From Nitrospirota bacterium (GTDB taxonomy: Bacteria; Nitrospirota; UBA9217): a stretch of 64,000 nt of DNA. Under the pieces are notes generated by a model that was given only the letters and a program-made list of their open reading frames with translations, searched no databases and had not been told where the DNA came from. Every line of letters begins with the position of its first letter. The stretch's first letter is position 1. The DNA is taken from contig CAVWHO010000016.1 in NCBI GenBank assembly GCA_963754875.1, positions 128,001-192,000 on the forward strand, in the 5' to 3' direction. Positions 11,157-22,421 of this stretch are shown piece after piece. The position numbers were made by a program, and so were the translations under genes.

Positions 11157-12836
11157 CTATATTCTCCGTCCTCCCGACCCGCTTTTTCCCTGTTTCCGCT
11201 CAATTTCTCTGCTCCGCAACACGGTCCGCTTGATCTTTCCGCTAACGGTCTTCGGCAGCTCGTCCATGAATTCGATCTCGCGCGGGTACTTGTACGGCGC
11301 GGTCCTGGCCTTCACAAAGTCCTGTATCTCCTGCCCAAGCTTATCGGACGCCCTATGGCCGGGTGCAAGCACGATAAAGGCCTTGATGATCTCGCCGCGG
11401 ACCGGATCAGGGCTTGCGACCACCGCATTTTCCGCCACCGACGGATGCTCCTGGATCACGCTTTCCACCTCGAAGGGGCCGATGCGATAACCGGACGCCT
11501 TGATGATATCGTCTCCCCTGCCCACGAACGTAAAGTACCCTTCCTCATCCATGGTTGCTTTATCACCCGTATTGTACCAGCCGTGCTGAAAGACCTTTTC
11601 GTTCTCTTCCGGATCTTCGAGATAGCTTTCGAATATGCCGACGGGTTTTTTCGGGTTCATCTTGACGCAGATATACCCTGCTTCATGCGCAGGGACCGGT
11701 TTGAAATCCTCGTCCAGAATGTCGATATGCAGGTCCGGCAGAGGCTTTCCCATGGAGCCGGGCTTGACTGGCATAAAGGGATAATTCGCCACGAGCACCG
11801 TGGTCTCGGTCTGGCCATAGCCTTCATGGATAGTCTTGCCGGTAGCTTCTTTCCAGACCTTTATGACCTCCGGATTGAGCGGTTCACCCGCTGACGTGAA
11901 GTGTTTGATCGCCGAGTAGTCATATTTTGTAAGATCTTCAAGGACTAGCATGCGGTATACTGTGGGAGGGCCGCAAAACGCCGTGACGCCCTTGGTTGTC
12001 ATAAGTTCGAGCGTGAGCCTGGCATTGAACCTTCCCTCGGCATTATGGACGAACAATCCCGCTCCGATGATCCACTGTCCATAGAGCCCCCAGGCGGACT
12101 TTGCCCAGCCCGTATCCGATACAACCCATATCAGGTCCCTGTCGGAAAGACTATGCCACAGCCCGGCGGTGCGCAGATGGCCGAGGGGATAAGAGCACAG
12201 ATGGTGCACCATCTTCGGGTACTTGGTTGTGCCGGACGTAAAATAGATAAGGAAGGAGTCATTGGCCGAAGTCGGCTCCACGTCCGACCGCTTCAAGACA
12301 GGAGAGGCCGAGTTCATTGCAGTCTGAAAGTCATGCCAGTCCGCAACATCGCCATCGACAAGCAGCTTATGCCTCAGGAACGGCGCGCTGATCTTGTTGA
12401 CTGCTGCGTCCACTTTGGCGTGATTCGCCTTGTTCGTGATCACGACGTTCGCCTGGCCCTTCCTGACCCGGTATTCGATGTCCGAAGGCAGGAGGATGAC
12501 TGGCGCAGGCATGATGACCGCCCCGAGCTTGTGGCAGGCCACGAGGATGAAGTACCACTCCGGGACGCGGCCCAGCATAATGAAGATCCGGTCGCCTTTT
12601 TTAACGCCGATGCTCTTGAGCGCGTTCGCGGCCTGGTTCGAGAGCCGGGAGATGTCACGGAACGTATACTCTTTTAGGTCTTTGCCGTCCGGCCCTGTCC
12701 AAACAAGTGCCCGCTTTTTTTCATCTTCGGCATGCTTGTCGATCACGTCGAAGCCGAAGTTGAATTGTTCGGGTACGGTGATAGAGAACGTTTTTTTTGC
12801 CGACTCGAAGTCTTTTGCATCAAAGGATAACGCCAT
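11157..12836 (-). CDS. Acyl-CoA synthetase (AMP-forming, ACSM/acetate-CoA ligase-like)
   Basis: YFTSGTTKYPK, SAGEPLN, YGQTET, GYRIGPFEVES and LPKTVSGKI motifs. Confidence 0.95.
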   Translation of the reverse strand: MALSFDAKDFESAKKTFSITVPEQFNFGFDVIDKHAEDEKKRALVWTGPDGKDLKEYTFRDISRLSNQAANALKSIGVKKGDRIFIMLGRVPEWYFILVACHKLGAVIMPAPVILLPSDIEYRVRKGQANVVITNKANHAKVDAAVNKISAPFLRHKLLVDGDVADWHDFQTAMNSASPVLKRSDVEPTSANDSFLIYFTSGTTKYPKMVHHLCSYPLGHLRTAGLWHSLSDRDLIWVVSDTGWAKSAWGLYGQWIIGAGLFVHNAEGRFNARLTLELMTTKGVTAFCGPPTVYRMLVLEDLTKYDYSAIKHFTSAGEPLNPEVIKVWKEATGKTIHEGYGQTETTVLVANYPFMPVKPGSMGKPLPDLHIDILDEDFKPVPAHEAGYICVKMNPKKPVGIFESYLEDPEENEKVFQHGWYNTGDKATMDEEGYFTFVGRGDDIIKASGYRIGPFEVESVIQEHPSVAENAVVASPDPVRGEIIKAFIVLAPGHRASDKLGQEIQDFVKARTAPYKYPREIEFMDELPKTVSGKIKRTVLRSREIERKQGKSGSGGRRI

Positions 12837-12940
12837 AGCCCCCCCAAAAAATAAATTATGAATAGCTGGTATGAACGCCGGTGACAGCGTTCCTGCCGTG
12901 CCTCAAAATCCGAAACCTGCTGCCCACAATGCCGAATGCT

Positions 12941-14143
12941 TCAATCGACGACTTTGTTCGTCTCCCGCAGCCGCTCGGCCATTTCGCGCAGTATCTCGAC
13001 AACGAACTCGGGAAATTCGTTCATGAGGTTGCTGATATTCTCGTTGTTGATGATGACCAGTTCGACATCTTCAAGCGCCACGGCCCGAGCCACCCGGGAG
13101 GACGAGAGGAGGAACGACATGCCGCCGAAGCATCTTCCCGAGGTGATGACGGCGATCTCCTTCTCGCCTTTCATAATCGCCACTTTGCCCCTCAGCACGG
13201 AGAACATCTCATCTCCCCGGTCTCCCTCGGCAAAGATCGTGCTTCCTTGATTATACGTCACGACGTATTTGCCGATCACCCCTGCGGGGACGTTCCTCTT
13301 GCCTTCCATCAGTTTCTTAAGGTAGACGGTCTCGTCCCTCCCCAGGCTCGCGGCGATTTCCGCGCCGAAGAGTAGTGCGAGCAGGGAGAAATAGATCCAG
13401 ATAATGACGACGAACAGCGACTTGAACGACCCGAAGGCAAAACCGTAGCCGGGATTGTACATGAGAAAAAGATGGAATGCAGGCCGCATCGTAAACCACA
13501 GGAGCGATGTGCTCAGAGAGCCGATCAGGAGGTGGAACAGCCGCATCCGCTTCGAAAACATATAATAGAGCGAAAAGACGATTGCGGTCACAAAGAGAAC
13601 AGGCCCGACTCTTTCGAAATAGGTCAAGGTCAGGTGCAAATGGTTCCTGCGCTCAATCAGCGTGAATAGAATGCCCGCTATGGCGATGGCAGACAAACCC
13701 AGGAGAAAAACGATGCTGATTGCCACGTCGAAGAGCTTTTCCAGAAGAAAAGGCCTGGTCGGTTTCTTCCGGAAGATTGTCCCGAGCGATATGCGCAAGT
13801 CAGCTATCAACGGCGTGACGCTCCAGAGCAGCACGAGTCCGTTCACGACGCTGATGGCGCCCACGTGGGAAGAGATGAATTGTACTTCGCGGAGGATGTC
13901 CTGGCTGTACGCGGGGATCACCTGCGTGAGCATGTCCTGTGTCTTCGCCAGCACCCGGCCGGACGACCCGATCACGGCGCCGAGTACAAAGGTGAGCAGA
14001 AAGAGCGACGGGATGAGCGCAAGCGTCGCGGAAAAGGCGAGAGACGATGCCAAGGACAGATCGTTGTTCCTCTGGAAGGATGAGAAGGTTTCAAACAAGA
14101 CAATCTTGATTTTTTTTAAACCGTCTCCGGCGATATTCGTCAT
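12941..14143 (-). CDS. YihY/BrkB-family membrane protein fused to a C-terminal cNMP-binding domain
   Basis: ASSLAF...; FGSFKS...IWIY...LFGAEI (YihY); IFAEGDRGDEMF...G.CFGGMS...RVARAVA (cNMP). Confidence 0.85.
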   Translation of the reverse strand: MTNIAGDGLKKIKIVLFETFSSFQRNNDLSLASSLAFSATLALIPSLFLLTFVLGAVIGSSGRVLAKTQDMLTQVIPAYSQDILREVQFISSHVGAISVVNGLVLLWSVTPLIADLRISLGTIFRKKPTRPFLLEKLFDVAISIVFLLGLSAIAIAGILFTLIERRNHLHLTLTYFERVGPVLFVTAIVFSLYYMFSKRMRLFHLLIGSLSTSLLWFTMRPAFHLFLMYNPGYGFAFGSFKSLFVVIIWIYFSLLALLFGAEIAASLGRDETVYLKKLMEGKRNVPAGVIGKYVVTYNQGSTIFAEGDRGDEMFSVLRGKVAIMKGEKEIAVITSGRCFGGMSFLLSSSRVARAVALEDVELVIINNENISNLMNEFPEFVVEILREMAERLRETNKVVD

Positions 14144-14330
14144 AGCTCCTCAGGAAGAACCGGCTGCCGGTCTTCGAGATGTCGTAACATCAGAATCAAG
14201 TAGAGGCCATTATAGTGGGTTATTTGAGAAATATCAAGATTCTCCCGCTCGGAGGAGAATCGCCGGACATCCGTCTCCCCTGCCACCCAGAAGGCATTGC
14301 GTGGCAATTGGGGCCAAGCAGGATTTCTCC

Positions 14331-17300
14331 TTAAGCGGCCGTTCCTGTGTCCGCTTTCAGCTGGAAACAGAGGCCTGAGAACACAAGGCCGTTTGCTCCG
14401 TCAATGCTGATCGATGATCCTTCCCGTATGTGCGTAGGCCCGATTATCCCATACGCTCCTTGATCATCGCCTTCTATTTTCAAATCCGCACAAGACACAA
14501 CTGCCGAGATGCCAAATTTTTGCGCAAGAACGGCCGCGTGCGACGTGACCCCGCCTTCTGCCGTGACAATGCCCTTGATGGACGGCATGAGGGAAATATC
14601 GTCCGTGTTCGCTGTCTCGCGTAGCAGGATAACCGGTAAACCGGTTTTCTTTTTCAGCATCTCGATGTGATCGCGCGATGCAGCAAACGATGCCACACCG
14701 CTCAGCGCTCCCCCACTTGCACCGATGCCGCGTCCGATCACCTGTGACTCCATGCCGCAGATCTCGTCAAATTTCTGAAAGAATGTCTCACCCAGCTCCA
14801 TTCGCCGTGTCTGGAGAACAGAAAGAAGGTATCCGCCGCTTGTGTCCCGGGTGTAGGTCGCCTCCACTTCCTGCGGAAGACCACTAAAAGCATCCTCGAC
14901 CGAACGGGCGGCGTTCTGGTACTGACGAAAGAGTGCAGGATCAATTTCTTCCACGCTTGTTTGTCCCGCTGCCGCCTGCGCTCGCGACAGCGGCCGGCCG
15001 TTTTTTCTGCCGGAAGCAAGATCATCGCCGCTGGCATTTTCCTGCGTCTCACCAAAAACGTCTTGCACGAGCGTATGAGGGTTTCTGGTGAAGAAAACGG
15101 CAGCACCTGCTCCTGTCTCGTTGCCGGAAACCATCTCCATCAATGTCACCGATGTGCCCCACTCATCTGACGTCCCGGTTGCGTTGCGAAACTGCCTGGC
15201 ACGGTCGCTGTACCATGAGGCATAGACAGCGCGGGCACAGAGCCTCAGCTGTTCGTAGACATCGGAAGGTATCGTTATGCCTCTCGATCCGAGCCGCGAA
15301 AGATACTGACCCACGATCGATTTCAGATGCGGGGGGGCCTGCATTTCCTCCGGACGGGAGGAAGTGACGCTCCAATAGTCTTTCTTGATCTGTTCAAAAA
15401 AATCTCTCTCCAGCCCCAGTACTGACGCGCCAAAATGCTCGATGAATTTCCGGTAGGAGTCCCAGCCCAGCCCTGGGTTCTCGGTCGTCTGTATGAACGC
15501 TTCCAGCGTTTCCTCGTTCATGCCGCAGTAAAGAATTGAGGACAAAATACCGGGCATGGACGGGTACGAGCCGCTTCGCACGGAAAGAAAAAGCGGCCTG
15601 CTGGTCCCGCCAAACGACTTATGTGTTCCCGCTTCAATCACGCTCACGGCTTGTTTGAGTATGTCCATAAACTCTCTTTGAGAGGTAAAAAGATCATAGC
15701 TCTTCGTATGACGCGCAGGCAGAGCCGCTCCGGCGGGTACGGTGAGCCCGTTGTCTCTGAGGTAAACAAGATTTTTTGCTTTGCTGCCCAAGTCCGGCGC
15801 CGACCTCCTTGCATCCTTGAGACTGATCGAATTGATGTCGTAAATGTCCCGGTTTGGAAACACCTCTTTGACCTCACGAACGCTGTCATTGTTGGATCGT
15901 GCATGTGAAGAGAGCGCGTTCTCCAGCGCTGCCAGAAGCCGGTCAGTCTCGACAAGGCCGGGGATGTTGCTGAAGATGTCGCGCATGACGACATCTGCGG
16001 CCTTGTCCCTAAAATCCGGCGAACCGGCGTCCAGGCTCATGAGATGCTCGGGGAGATCGTCATGAGGAAATTTCCCGAGGACCTCCCTGAGCGGCTCGTG
16101 AAAGGTCTTGGTGAGCGATGACACCATCCATGCCAGTTCCTTCTGCCACATCTTAAGGATGTCGCTAATCTGCGAAAGATGAAGCCGATTGTGTTCCAAG
16201 ACTTCCACATACTCGTCAACGAGTACGTTCTGCAAACCGAATACTTTCAGGATTTCCCATGCTGCGGAAAGCGCAGCGAGCCAATTTTGAAGATCAATTT
16301 GTTCCGCTGCGGGTCCCCTTTTTTCAATTTCAGAAATAATCGACTCTAAGAGAACAGGGACATCTTCAGCGCGCGCCATCATCTCTTTCAAGGCATCGAA
16401 TTTAGCCTCATGGTACGTCCCAAGCACCGAGGGGATGCCGAATGCAATATGACGCTTGAAATACAGGGATTCCTGTGGTTCCGTCTTTTCCAAGGACAGC
16501 ACGACGAGTTTTCGCTCGCGAAGCTCGGCAAGTGCAGTGTGCAGGAGGCCATGGACATCGCCGACTGCCGCATCCCTGCTCAGCAAGGAGTACTTTCTCA
16601 CGACTTCCTTGTACAATTTGCACAAGAGCCTCACTTTCTCTTGCGCCTCAGCATCGCCGTCATCTGCCTTTCGGAGCTCGGCGTCTATCGCTTCATCGGG
16701 GATCGACAGGAGCCTGTCCAGATGCAGTCCTCCTGCGTCCTTTACTCCTGATGCAGAAAAATAGCGGTCGATTACTGAAGCATATCTCGCCATGAGAAGC
16801 GGATTTGTCTGAACATAGATATCCGACGGCACGACTTCCTTCAGGACCGAAGGATCATTCTGGGTCCACGATCGCAGAACAGAGTCGATCAACCGGATGT
16901 TATGACTGCTCGCGTTCACATGGACCTGTTTGCGGACAAAATAGATGACAGCGTCATTTCCCCAGGAGTCGATCTCCGTGGAATAATCCCGGAGCCTGTT
17001 TGTTGCGCCCACTTCGTTGAAATATACGGGAAACCGTTCCAGCAACAGGTAATGGAGAAGAAACTGTTCCTTCATTGCTGAAGAGTTCAAATAGGCCGAT
17101 ACCTGCCGCTGGAACAGCCGGTCATCGGGGATCAGCACGCTGCTCACTGCCAGGTTTGCTATCACGTGTATGAGGACACTTGTAAGCTGATCGTCTCTTA
17201 TCATGAGAAGTTCCATGAATTTGTTCAGTCGTTCGAGATGCAGCGGGTTTACGATTTCCGCCCACGTCTCAGGCGATATTTCCTGCACTCGTGCGGCAGG

Positions 17301-18728
17301 GATGGTGATCTGTTGTAAATCGAGAATGTACTGTGTGATGAGCGCGTCCTGGCCGGAATTTAGTACTGGTCGTGCAAAGCGGGGATCGAGCATGATCTGG
17401 TCATAGAGGGCCGGTCCCACATCCCGCATTCTGCGCAGAAGAAGAGCGCATACATCGGGCCGGCCATTGGCGATGAGCCTCTTTATGATCCAGGGAGTCT
17501 TCATTTTCAAGGATGCCAAAGCCCGGTCGGACAATTGGTGAGCGGAAGAAAGATAAACTGTCATGGCCTCGGCAAACGTATCGGCTGATGCCGGCGTCAG
17601 GTCCTTCTCCGCTATGTCAAAGAACACGGAGACGGATTTTTCGTCGTCGAGAATATCGAAGTCAATATCTTTGATTATCTCAAGCACCTGGTCTATCTTC
17701 CCCTGCTTTAGCCATTGCCCGGCCTCTGCCAGCTTCTGCGTCATCCGAAGTTGTCCCCGCTCTCCAAAGAGCGACAAGAACCTGCGATCCTCCGCTGAAA
17801 TGAAAATACTAAGAGCAGACAGGAGCCGGCTGCTAAAGACCGTCAACGAAGCGTTCTTTTTCGCGAGCGATCCGATGAGCGACGACAAGACCCCCCTCGT
17901 GTCGATCTCAGGAAGTTTCTTGTGGAGGTCTTGCAGCAAGGCCACGGTGCGCTTTGCCTGCGAAGAAAGGTCGACTGAAGATCGGGAGAGCGCCCCTATC
18001 CATGTCGCGGCAAGAGATTGCAAGCGCACGGAATCGCGCTCCTGTTCGAGCGGCAGCTCCAGGAGGTCGAAATAGTTGGAAACGGTTTTACTCGCGTCTG
18101 TGCTGCTTGCGCGTTCGGCAGCCTGGAGTGCAAAATGGGTGAGGATGTCGAAAGCCCGGGCAAAGCCTTCCAAAGCACTCCAATAAAAATCAATGGAAAA
18201 TCCGTTTAACGCCTCGGAAAAAGCGGCCCAATTCTTCTTCGTGGAATGGATCTGCGAGACGATTTCCTCTGCTTTCTGCAAGAGCCCGACCTTGCCGCGC
18301 AAAGGCGCCGTTAACTTCGTAAGATCAAAAGAGGCGAGCTCTTCCGAAAGTTCGACAGCAGATAGGTAGAAACCGCCGGCAGTTTCTTTCTTTAATACAA
18401 ACGTTCCGATATGTCTGCCGGACTGGATAATATCGATTTGCAAATACCGCGCTTCGGCAATGCGACTGCTCTCAGCCAAGAATTCGAAATACCCCTGCTG
18501 GAGATCAACGCGCGAAAGCTCCACGCCGCTCTTATTCAGTGAAGCCTCATAATTTCCAGGGGGCATGGCGAGGACCGCTCCTTTGACCATTGTAGTTGCG
18601 CCGCTGTCGGTTATACAGAAATCTTTAACTACCAGTGATTTGATGACTCCCTTATACGCCGTAGCGAGCGTTCCGACGAGGTAGTTCAAATGACAGATAT
18701 CCTGAGTTGTGTGGGTAACATTTATCAT
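14331..18728 (-). CDS. Large PPDK-like protein: long N-terminal region, ATP-grasp domain and phospho-His swivel domain, no pyruvate-binding domain
   Basis: LGSKAKNL, LSVRSGSYPSMPG, DSYRKFI, LQTR and GGVTSHAAV motifs; ends after IDGANG. Start uncertain. Confidence 0.85.
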   Translation of the reverse strand: MINVTHTTQDICHLNYLVGTLATAYKGVIKSLVVKDFCITDSGATTMVKGAVLAMPPGNYEASLNKSGVELSRVDLQQGYFEFLAESSRIAEARYLQIDIIQSGRHIGTFVLKKETAGGFYLSAVELSEELASFDLTKLTAPLRGKVGLLQKAEEIVSQIHSTKKNWAAFSEALNGFSIDFYWSALEGFARAFDILTHFALQAAERASSTDASKTVSNYFDLLELPLEQERDSVRLQSLAATWIGALSRSSVDLSSQAKRTVALLQDLHKKLPEIDTRGVLSSLIGSLAKKNASLTVFSSRLLSALSIFISAEDRRFLSLFGERGQLRMTQKLAEAGQWLKQGKIDQVLEIIKDIDFDILDDEKSVSVFFDIAEKDLTPASADTFAEAMTVYLSSAHQLSDRALASLKMKTPWIIKRLIANGRPDVCALLLRRMRDVGPALYDQIMLDPRFARPVLNSGQDALITQYILDLQQITIPAARVQEISPETWAEIVNPLHLERLNKFMELLMIRDDQLTSVLIHVIANLAVSSVLIPDDRLFQRQVSAYLNSSAMKEQFLLHYLLLERFPVYFNEVGATNRLRDYSTEIDSWGNDAVIYFVRKQVHVNASSHNIRLIDSVLRSWTQNDPSVLKEVVPSDIYVQTNPLLMARYASVIDRYFSASGVKDAGGLHLDRLLSIPDEAIDAELRKADDGDAEAQEKVRLLCKLYKEVVRKYSLLSRDAAVGDVHGLLHTALAELRERKLVVLSLEKTEPQESLYFKRHIAFGIPSVLGTYHEAKFDALKEMMARAEDVPVLLESIISEIEKRGPAAEQIDLQNWLAALSAAWEILKVFGLQNVLVDEYVEVLEHNRLHLSQISDILKMWQKELAWMVSSLTKTFHEPLREVLGKFPHDDLPEHLMSLDAGSPDFRDKAADVVMRDIFSNIPGLVETDRLLAALENALSSHARSNNDSVREVKEVFPNRDIYDINSISLKDARRSAPDLGSKAKNLVYLRDNGLTVPAGAALPARHTKSYDLFTSQREFMDILKQAVSVIEAGTHKSFGGTSRPLFLSVRSGSYPSMPGILSSILYCGMNEETLEAFIQTTENPGLGWDSYRKFIEHFGASVLGLERDFFEQIKKDYWSVTSSRPEEMQAPPHLKSIVGQYLSRLGSRGITIPSDVYEQLRLCARAVYASWYSDRARQFRNATGTSDEWGTSVTLMEMVSGNETGAGAAVFFTRNPHTLVQDVFGETQENASGDDLASGRKNGRPLSRAQAAAGQTSVEEIDPALFRQYQNAARSVEDAFSGLPQEVEATYTRDTSGGYLLSVLQTRRMELGETFFQKFDEICGMESQVIGRGIGASGGALSGVASFAASRDHIEMLKKKTGLPVILLRETANTDDISLMPSIKGIVTAEGGVTSHAAVLAQKFGISAVVSCADLKIEGDDQGAYGIIGPTHIREGSSISIDGANGLVFSGLCFQLKADTGTAA

Positions 18729-19253
18729 AGCTTCACGATCCTTGAAACGACCCTCAATGTCACTTCTGATTGATCAAGGTCTAGGTCGTTCGTTGCGATC
18801 ATGCAGGTTCAACCCTGCTTCAAAAAAGGGCACTATTCTCTATTACTAGGATAGCACCGGAGAAATGAAACCTGGAATACTGACTAGTACAGGCAGGAAA
18901 AAGTATTACAAAAACGGACCTATTTCTGATCTTGGCTGCTAAAATATGTTTGAGATACTGTCGTTCGCCAGGATAATCCGTATGTTGCCAACCAGGGGGG
19001 AGCGTTGCGCAAACATGATGCAATGAAAAGAGCTGGAGATGTGCCTAATTGAAGGCGACGGCAAATAAAAAGAGGGGGCGCAAAAAAAGAGGTTTAAATT
19101 AAAATCTCTCAACGGGCAACTGTCGTTTACACGAAATTACTGTATCATAGTAAATGTTAAGTGTGTCCAATCCTCAAACCCGCAGTTGTCTTCATAAATT
19201 TCTCCTTTGACGAGCGATTATACCATTTTGGGGCTAATAATGGAGATCGGCAC

Positions 19254-22223
19254 TCAGACTATCCGATTTTTGTCCAGAACTTCACGCACCTTGCGAAGGA
19301 AGGCATTCGGAGAGAATGGTTTAGAGATGAATTCCGTCCCACGGTCCAGGATACCCTTTTTGTGGATGATATTGGCTGTATATCCGCTCATGAAAAGCGC
19401 TTTGATGCCCGGCTTCAAGCCTCTGATCTTCTCATATACCACTTTTCCGTTTATACCGGGCATGACGACATCGAGAATGAGAAGCTCAACATGGGGGTTG
19501 GCTTTATACTCTTTGACGGCATCCTCGCCATTTTCAGCAAGTACAACGCGGTAGCCAAATTCCTCTAGGACCTTCTTCGCCAGGTTGCGCACCGCCTCAG
19601 CATCCTCTGCAAGGAGTATGGTCTCTGTGCCTCTGGTCACGGGCGGCATAACCGCGATATCGAGTTTTTCTGCATCACGCTCGATGGCCGGTAGATATAT
19701 TTTGAAGGTCGTGCCTTTCCCCGGCTCGCTGTAAACATTGATGTAGCCGTTGTGCTGTTTGACAATCCCGTACACTATGGAAAGCCCCAGACCCGTGCCT
19801 TTCCCCACGCCCTTCGTGGTGAAGAATGGCTCGAACATCTTTTCCTGGGTCTTTGCATCTATTCCTAGTCCCGTATCCGTCACTGATATACGCATGTATT
19901 TCCCGGGCTGTGCAAAGACATGCCGCCGGACATAGTCTTCATCAAATTCCTCGAGCTCGGTCTCAATGATCAGCATCCCGCCGTTCGGCATGGCGTCCCT
20001 CGCATTCGTGGCGAGGTTCATGAGCACCTGATCGATCTGGCCGGTGTCGGACAAGACCGTGGCTTCCTGAGAAGAAAGAACCGTCCTCAGTTCAATGTCC
20101 TCGCCGATGACCTTGGTTAGGATATTCTCGAGCTGCTTGATGACACCGTTCAAACGGGCAGGTTTGGGGTTTATGATTTGCTTTCTGCTGAATGCAAGGA
20201 GCCCCTGAGTAAGGCTCGTCGCCCGCTCTGCGGATGCGAGCACCTGTTCGACATGGCCATGGGCTGTGCTGTCGAGTGTAGTCTTCATAAGCAGAAGATT
20301 TCCGTAGCCGACGATGGCGGTGAGGATATTATTAAAATCATGCGCCACCCCGCCGGCAAGGAGACCCACCGCCTCCATCTTCTGTGCCTGAAAAAGCTGG
20401 GCTTCGAGGCTTTTCTTCTCCGAGATGTCGCGAAGGATGGTGTCGGACATCAGGACTCCTCCCTCTTTGTCATAGATTGCCTTGGATCTGGCGAATACAG
20501 GAATGTGCCTGCCGTCTCTTGCAAGAAGGGTTAGCGCGCCCTCAAAAAAGCCGGTGGTCCTCAGAGTTTCCATTTTACCCAAGACAACGTCCCTTTCCTC
20601 GGGTACAATGATATCTTTCAGAAGGCGTCCGGCGAGTTCCTCGAATTCGTATCCCAGGGTTTTCGCCTCAGTCTGGTTGCACATGATGATGTGCCCGCTC
20701 CGGTCGACTGAGTGCATCATATCCGGTGCATCGTCATAGAGCTTCCGATACCGCTCCTTGACCTCATCAAGCTGCTTTTCCAGAGTCACGAGGCCTGTCA
20801 CGTCCATGAGCGTTTCAATGACGGCGGTGATCGCGCCGGACGAACTCTTAAGGGGATATGCATTCGTTTCAAAATAGAGGGGCTTCCCGTCCTTGTCGGT
20901 GTGGGTATGGAGCGACCGGTGGCGTTCACCGGTTTCAAAGCATTTCTGCACTGTGCAGTCACATCCCCCTGCCTGCTTAAAACAGGGCTGGTCTATGTGG
21001 TGGGATATCTCATAGCAGTGTTTCCCGATGATTGAGTCACAGGACGTTTTCACCTGGTTGCAGTAGCCCTGATTCGCAGAAAGGATCCGGTAGTCCTTTC
21101 CGATAACCACCACACCTTCTCCGACGCCATCGAGCACCGCAGCACGGAAGGATTCCGACTCCCGCAATTTCTGCTCTGCTTCCTTTCTTTTACTCGCCAT
21201 GCGGTCAAAGGATTCTGCGACATCCTGGAGTTCGTCGTGGCCTGACAGTTTAAGAGTAACGGAGAGGTTGCCGAGCTCCATTTCCTTTAGACCAGCCTTA
21301 AGCAACTTGATATTGCCCGTTATCTTATTTGATAGGAGGAATGACAGAATAAGTGAAAATAAACTAACGATCAACAGGACAAGAATATAGCGCTTGCCGA
21401 ATGCGTAGGCTGGATGATAGGCAAGCTCTTTCGGCACCCCGACGATAACCGTCCAGCCTGTTCTGGTCAGCTTTTTGTAGCTGTAGAGTCGCTCTATGCC
21501 GTCCCCTCCTCTCTCTTTCAAGCTGCCATTGCTCCCGGCGATCAGTTGTATCACGCGTTGAGGGATTTTTCTACACGTGCTGATATTCTGCTCAGAGCCG
21601 GTACAAACCAGAATGTTGGCCTTGGAATCGACGATCGCGATGGAGTATCCTGCCTGCTCGGGCTGCGACTTCATGATCATAGCGCGGACAACTGCAAGGT
21701 TCAGTGGCATTCCAATTACTCCCACCTGCCTCTTACTGTTGTCGAACACAGGTATGGCAATCATGGTGGAAGGTATCTTGAATAGTTTCGAGACATGCAG
21801 ATCACCAACCACATCAACGCCCTTCCGTGCCCTCACAAACCAGTCCTTGTCGTTGTAGTTCAGTTTTCTCACACCCTGAGTAAACACGCCGCTTCCATAA
21901 TTATTACCATCCATATCAGCGGCGAGGATATTGAGATGAGCGGGATAGGAGGGAAGCAGTTCGCTGAATAGCCGATCGCAAGCCCTGGTGTCTTTGCTGA
22001 TGACAGCAGGGTACTTTGAAAGTGACCGGAGGGCTGAGAATGATGCATCAATGAGGTGATCGATATTTGTTGCAACGCTGCTCGCAATAATAAGATTACT
22101 GGTTTTGATGTCCTCTTTTTCGTATTTATACATCGAATAAACGTTGTAGCTGGAAAAGATAAGCAGGGGGACAAAAATCAAGAGGACAATGGATGCAAGC
22201 TTGTATTTAATCGGGATTCTCAT
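19254..22223 (-). CDS. Hybrid sensor histidine kinase (Cache-HAMP-PAS-PAS-HisKA-HATPase-REC)
   Basis: AGGVAHDFNNIL H-box, NARDAM, FFTTKGVGKGTGLGL and a C-terminal receiver domain. Confidence 0.95.
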   Translation of the reverse strand: MRIPIKYKLASIVLLIFVPLLIFSSYNVYSMYKYEKEDIKTSNLIIASSVATNIDHLIDASFSALRSLSKYPAVISKDTRACDRLFSELLPSYPAHLNILAADMDGNNYGSGVFTQGVRKLNYNDKDWFVRARKGVDVVGDLHVSKLFKIPSTMIAIPVFDNSKRQVGVIGMPLNLAVVRAMIMKSQPEQAGYSIAIVDSKANILVCTGSEQNISTCRKIPQRVIQLIAGSNGSLKERGGDGIERLYSYKKLTRTGWTVIVGVPKELAYHPAYAFGKRYILVLLIVSLFSLILSFLLSNKITGNIKLLKAGLKEMELGNLSVTLKLSGHDELQDVAESFDRMASKRKEAEQKLRESESFRAAVLDGVGEGVVVIGKDYRILSANQGYCNQVKTSCDSIIGKHCYEISHHIDQPCFKQAGGCDCTVQKCFETGERHRSLHTHTDKDGKPLYFETNAYPLKSSSGAITAVIETLMDVTGLVTLEKQLDEVKERYRKLYDDAPDMMHSVDRSGHIIMCNQTEAKTLGYEFEELAGRLLKDIIVPEERDVVLGKMETLRTTGFFEGALTLLARDGRHIPVFARSKAIYDKEGGVLMSDTILRDISEKKSLEAQLFQAQKMEAVGLLAGGVAHDFNNILTAIVGYGNLLLMKTTLDSTAHGHVEQVLASAERATSLTQGLLAFSRKQIINPKPARLNGVIKQLENILTKVIGEDIELRTVLSSQEATVLSDTGQIDQVLMNLATNARDAMPNGGMLIIETELEEFDEDYVRRHVFAQPGKYMRISVTDTGLGIDAKTQEKMFEPFFTTKGVGKGTGLGLSIVYGIVKQHNGYINVYSEPGKGTTFKIYLPAIERDAEKLDIAVMPPVTRGTETILLAEDAEAVRNLAKKVLEEFGYRVVLAENGEDAVKEYKANPHVELLILDVVMPGINGKVVYEKIRGLKPGIKALFMSGYTANIIHKKGILDRGTEFISKPFSPNAFLRKVREVLDKNRIV

Positions 22224-22421
22224 AATGATTATTTTCAGTTAACAATGTTCATTATATCATTAGTATCCGATTGTTACACGAATAATTTCAACTGGTTCCG
22301 TCATGAGTATCGGTTTCGTGATCAATCGCATTGTGAACTATTTTGAGAAATGGACTTTTTCTCAACAAGGTTGGCCTCGCCTCCAAAATCTATAAAATTG
22401 TATAGAGAATGCCGGGAATAT

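Noticed and set aside
22262..22278. Additional GTA..TAC box upstream of the hybrid kinase
   Set aside because: The spacer is 9 nt rather than 8 and the GTC flank is absent.
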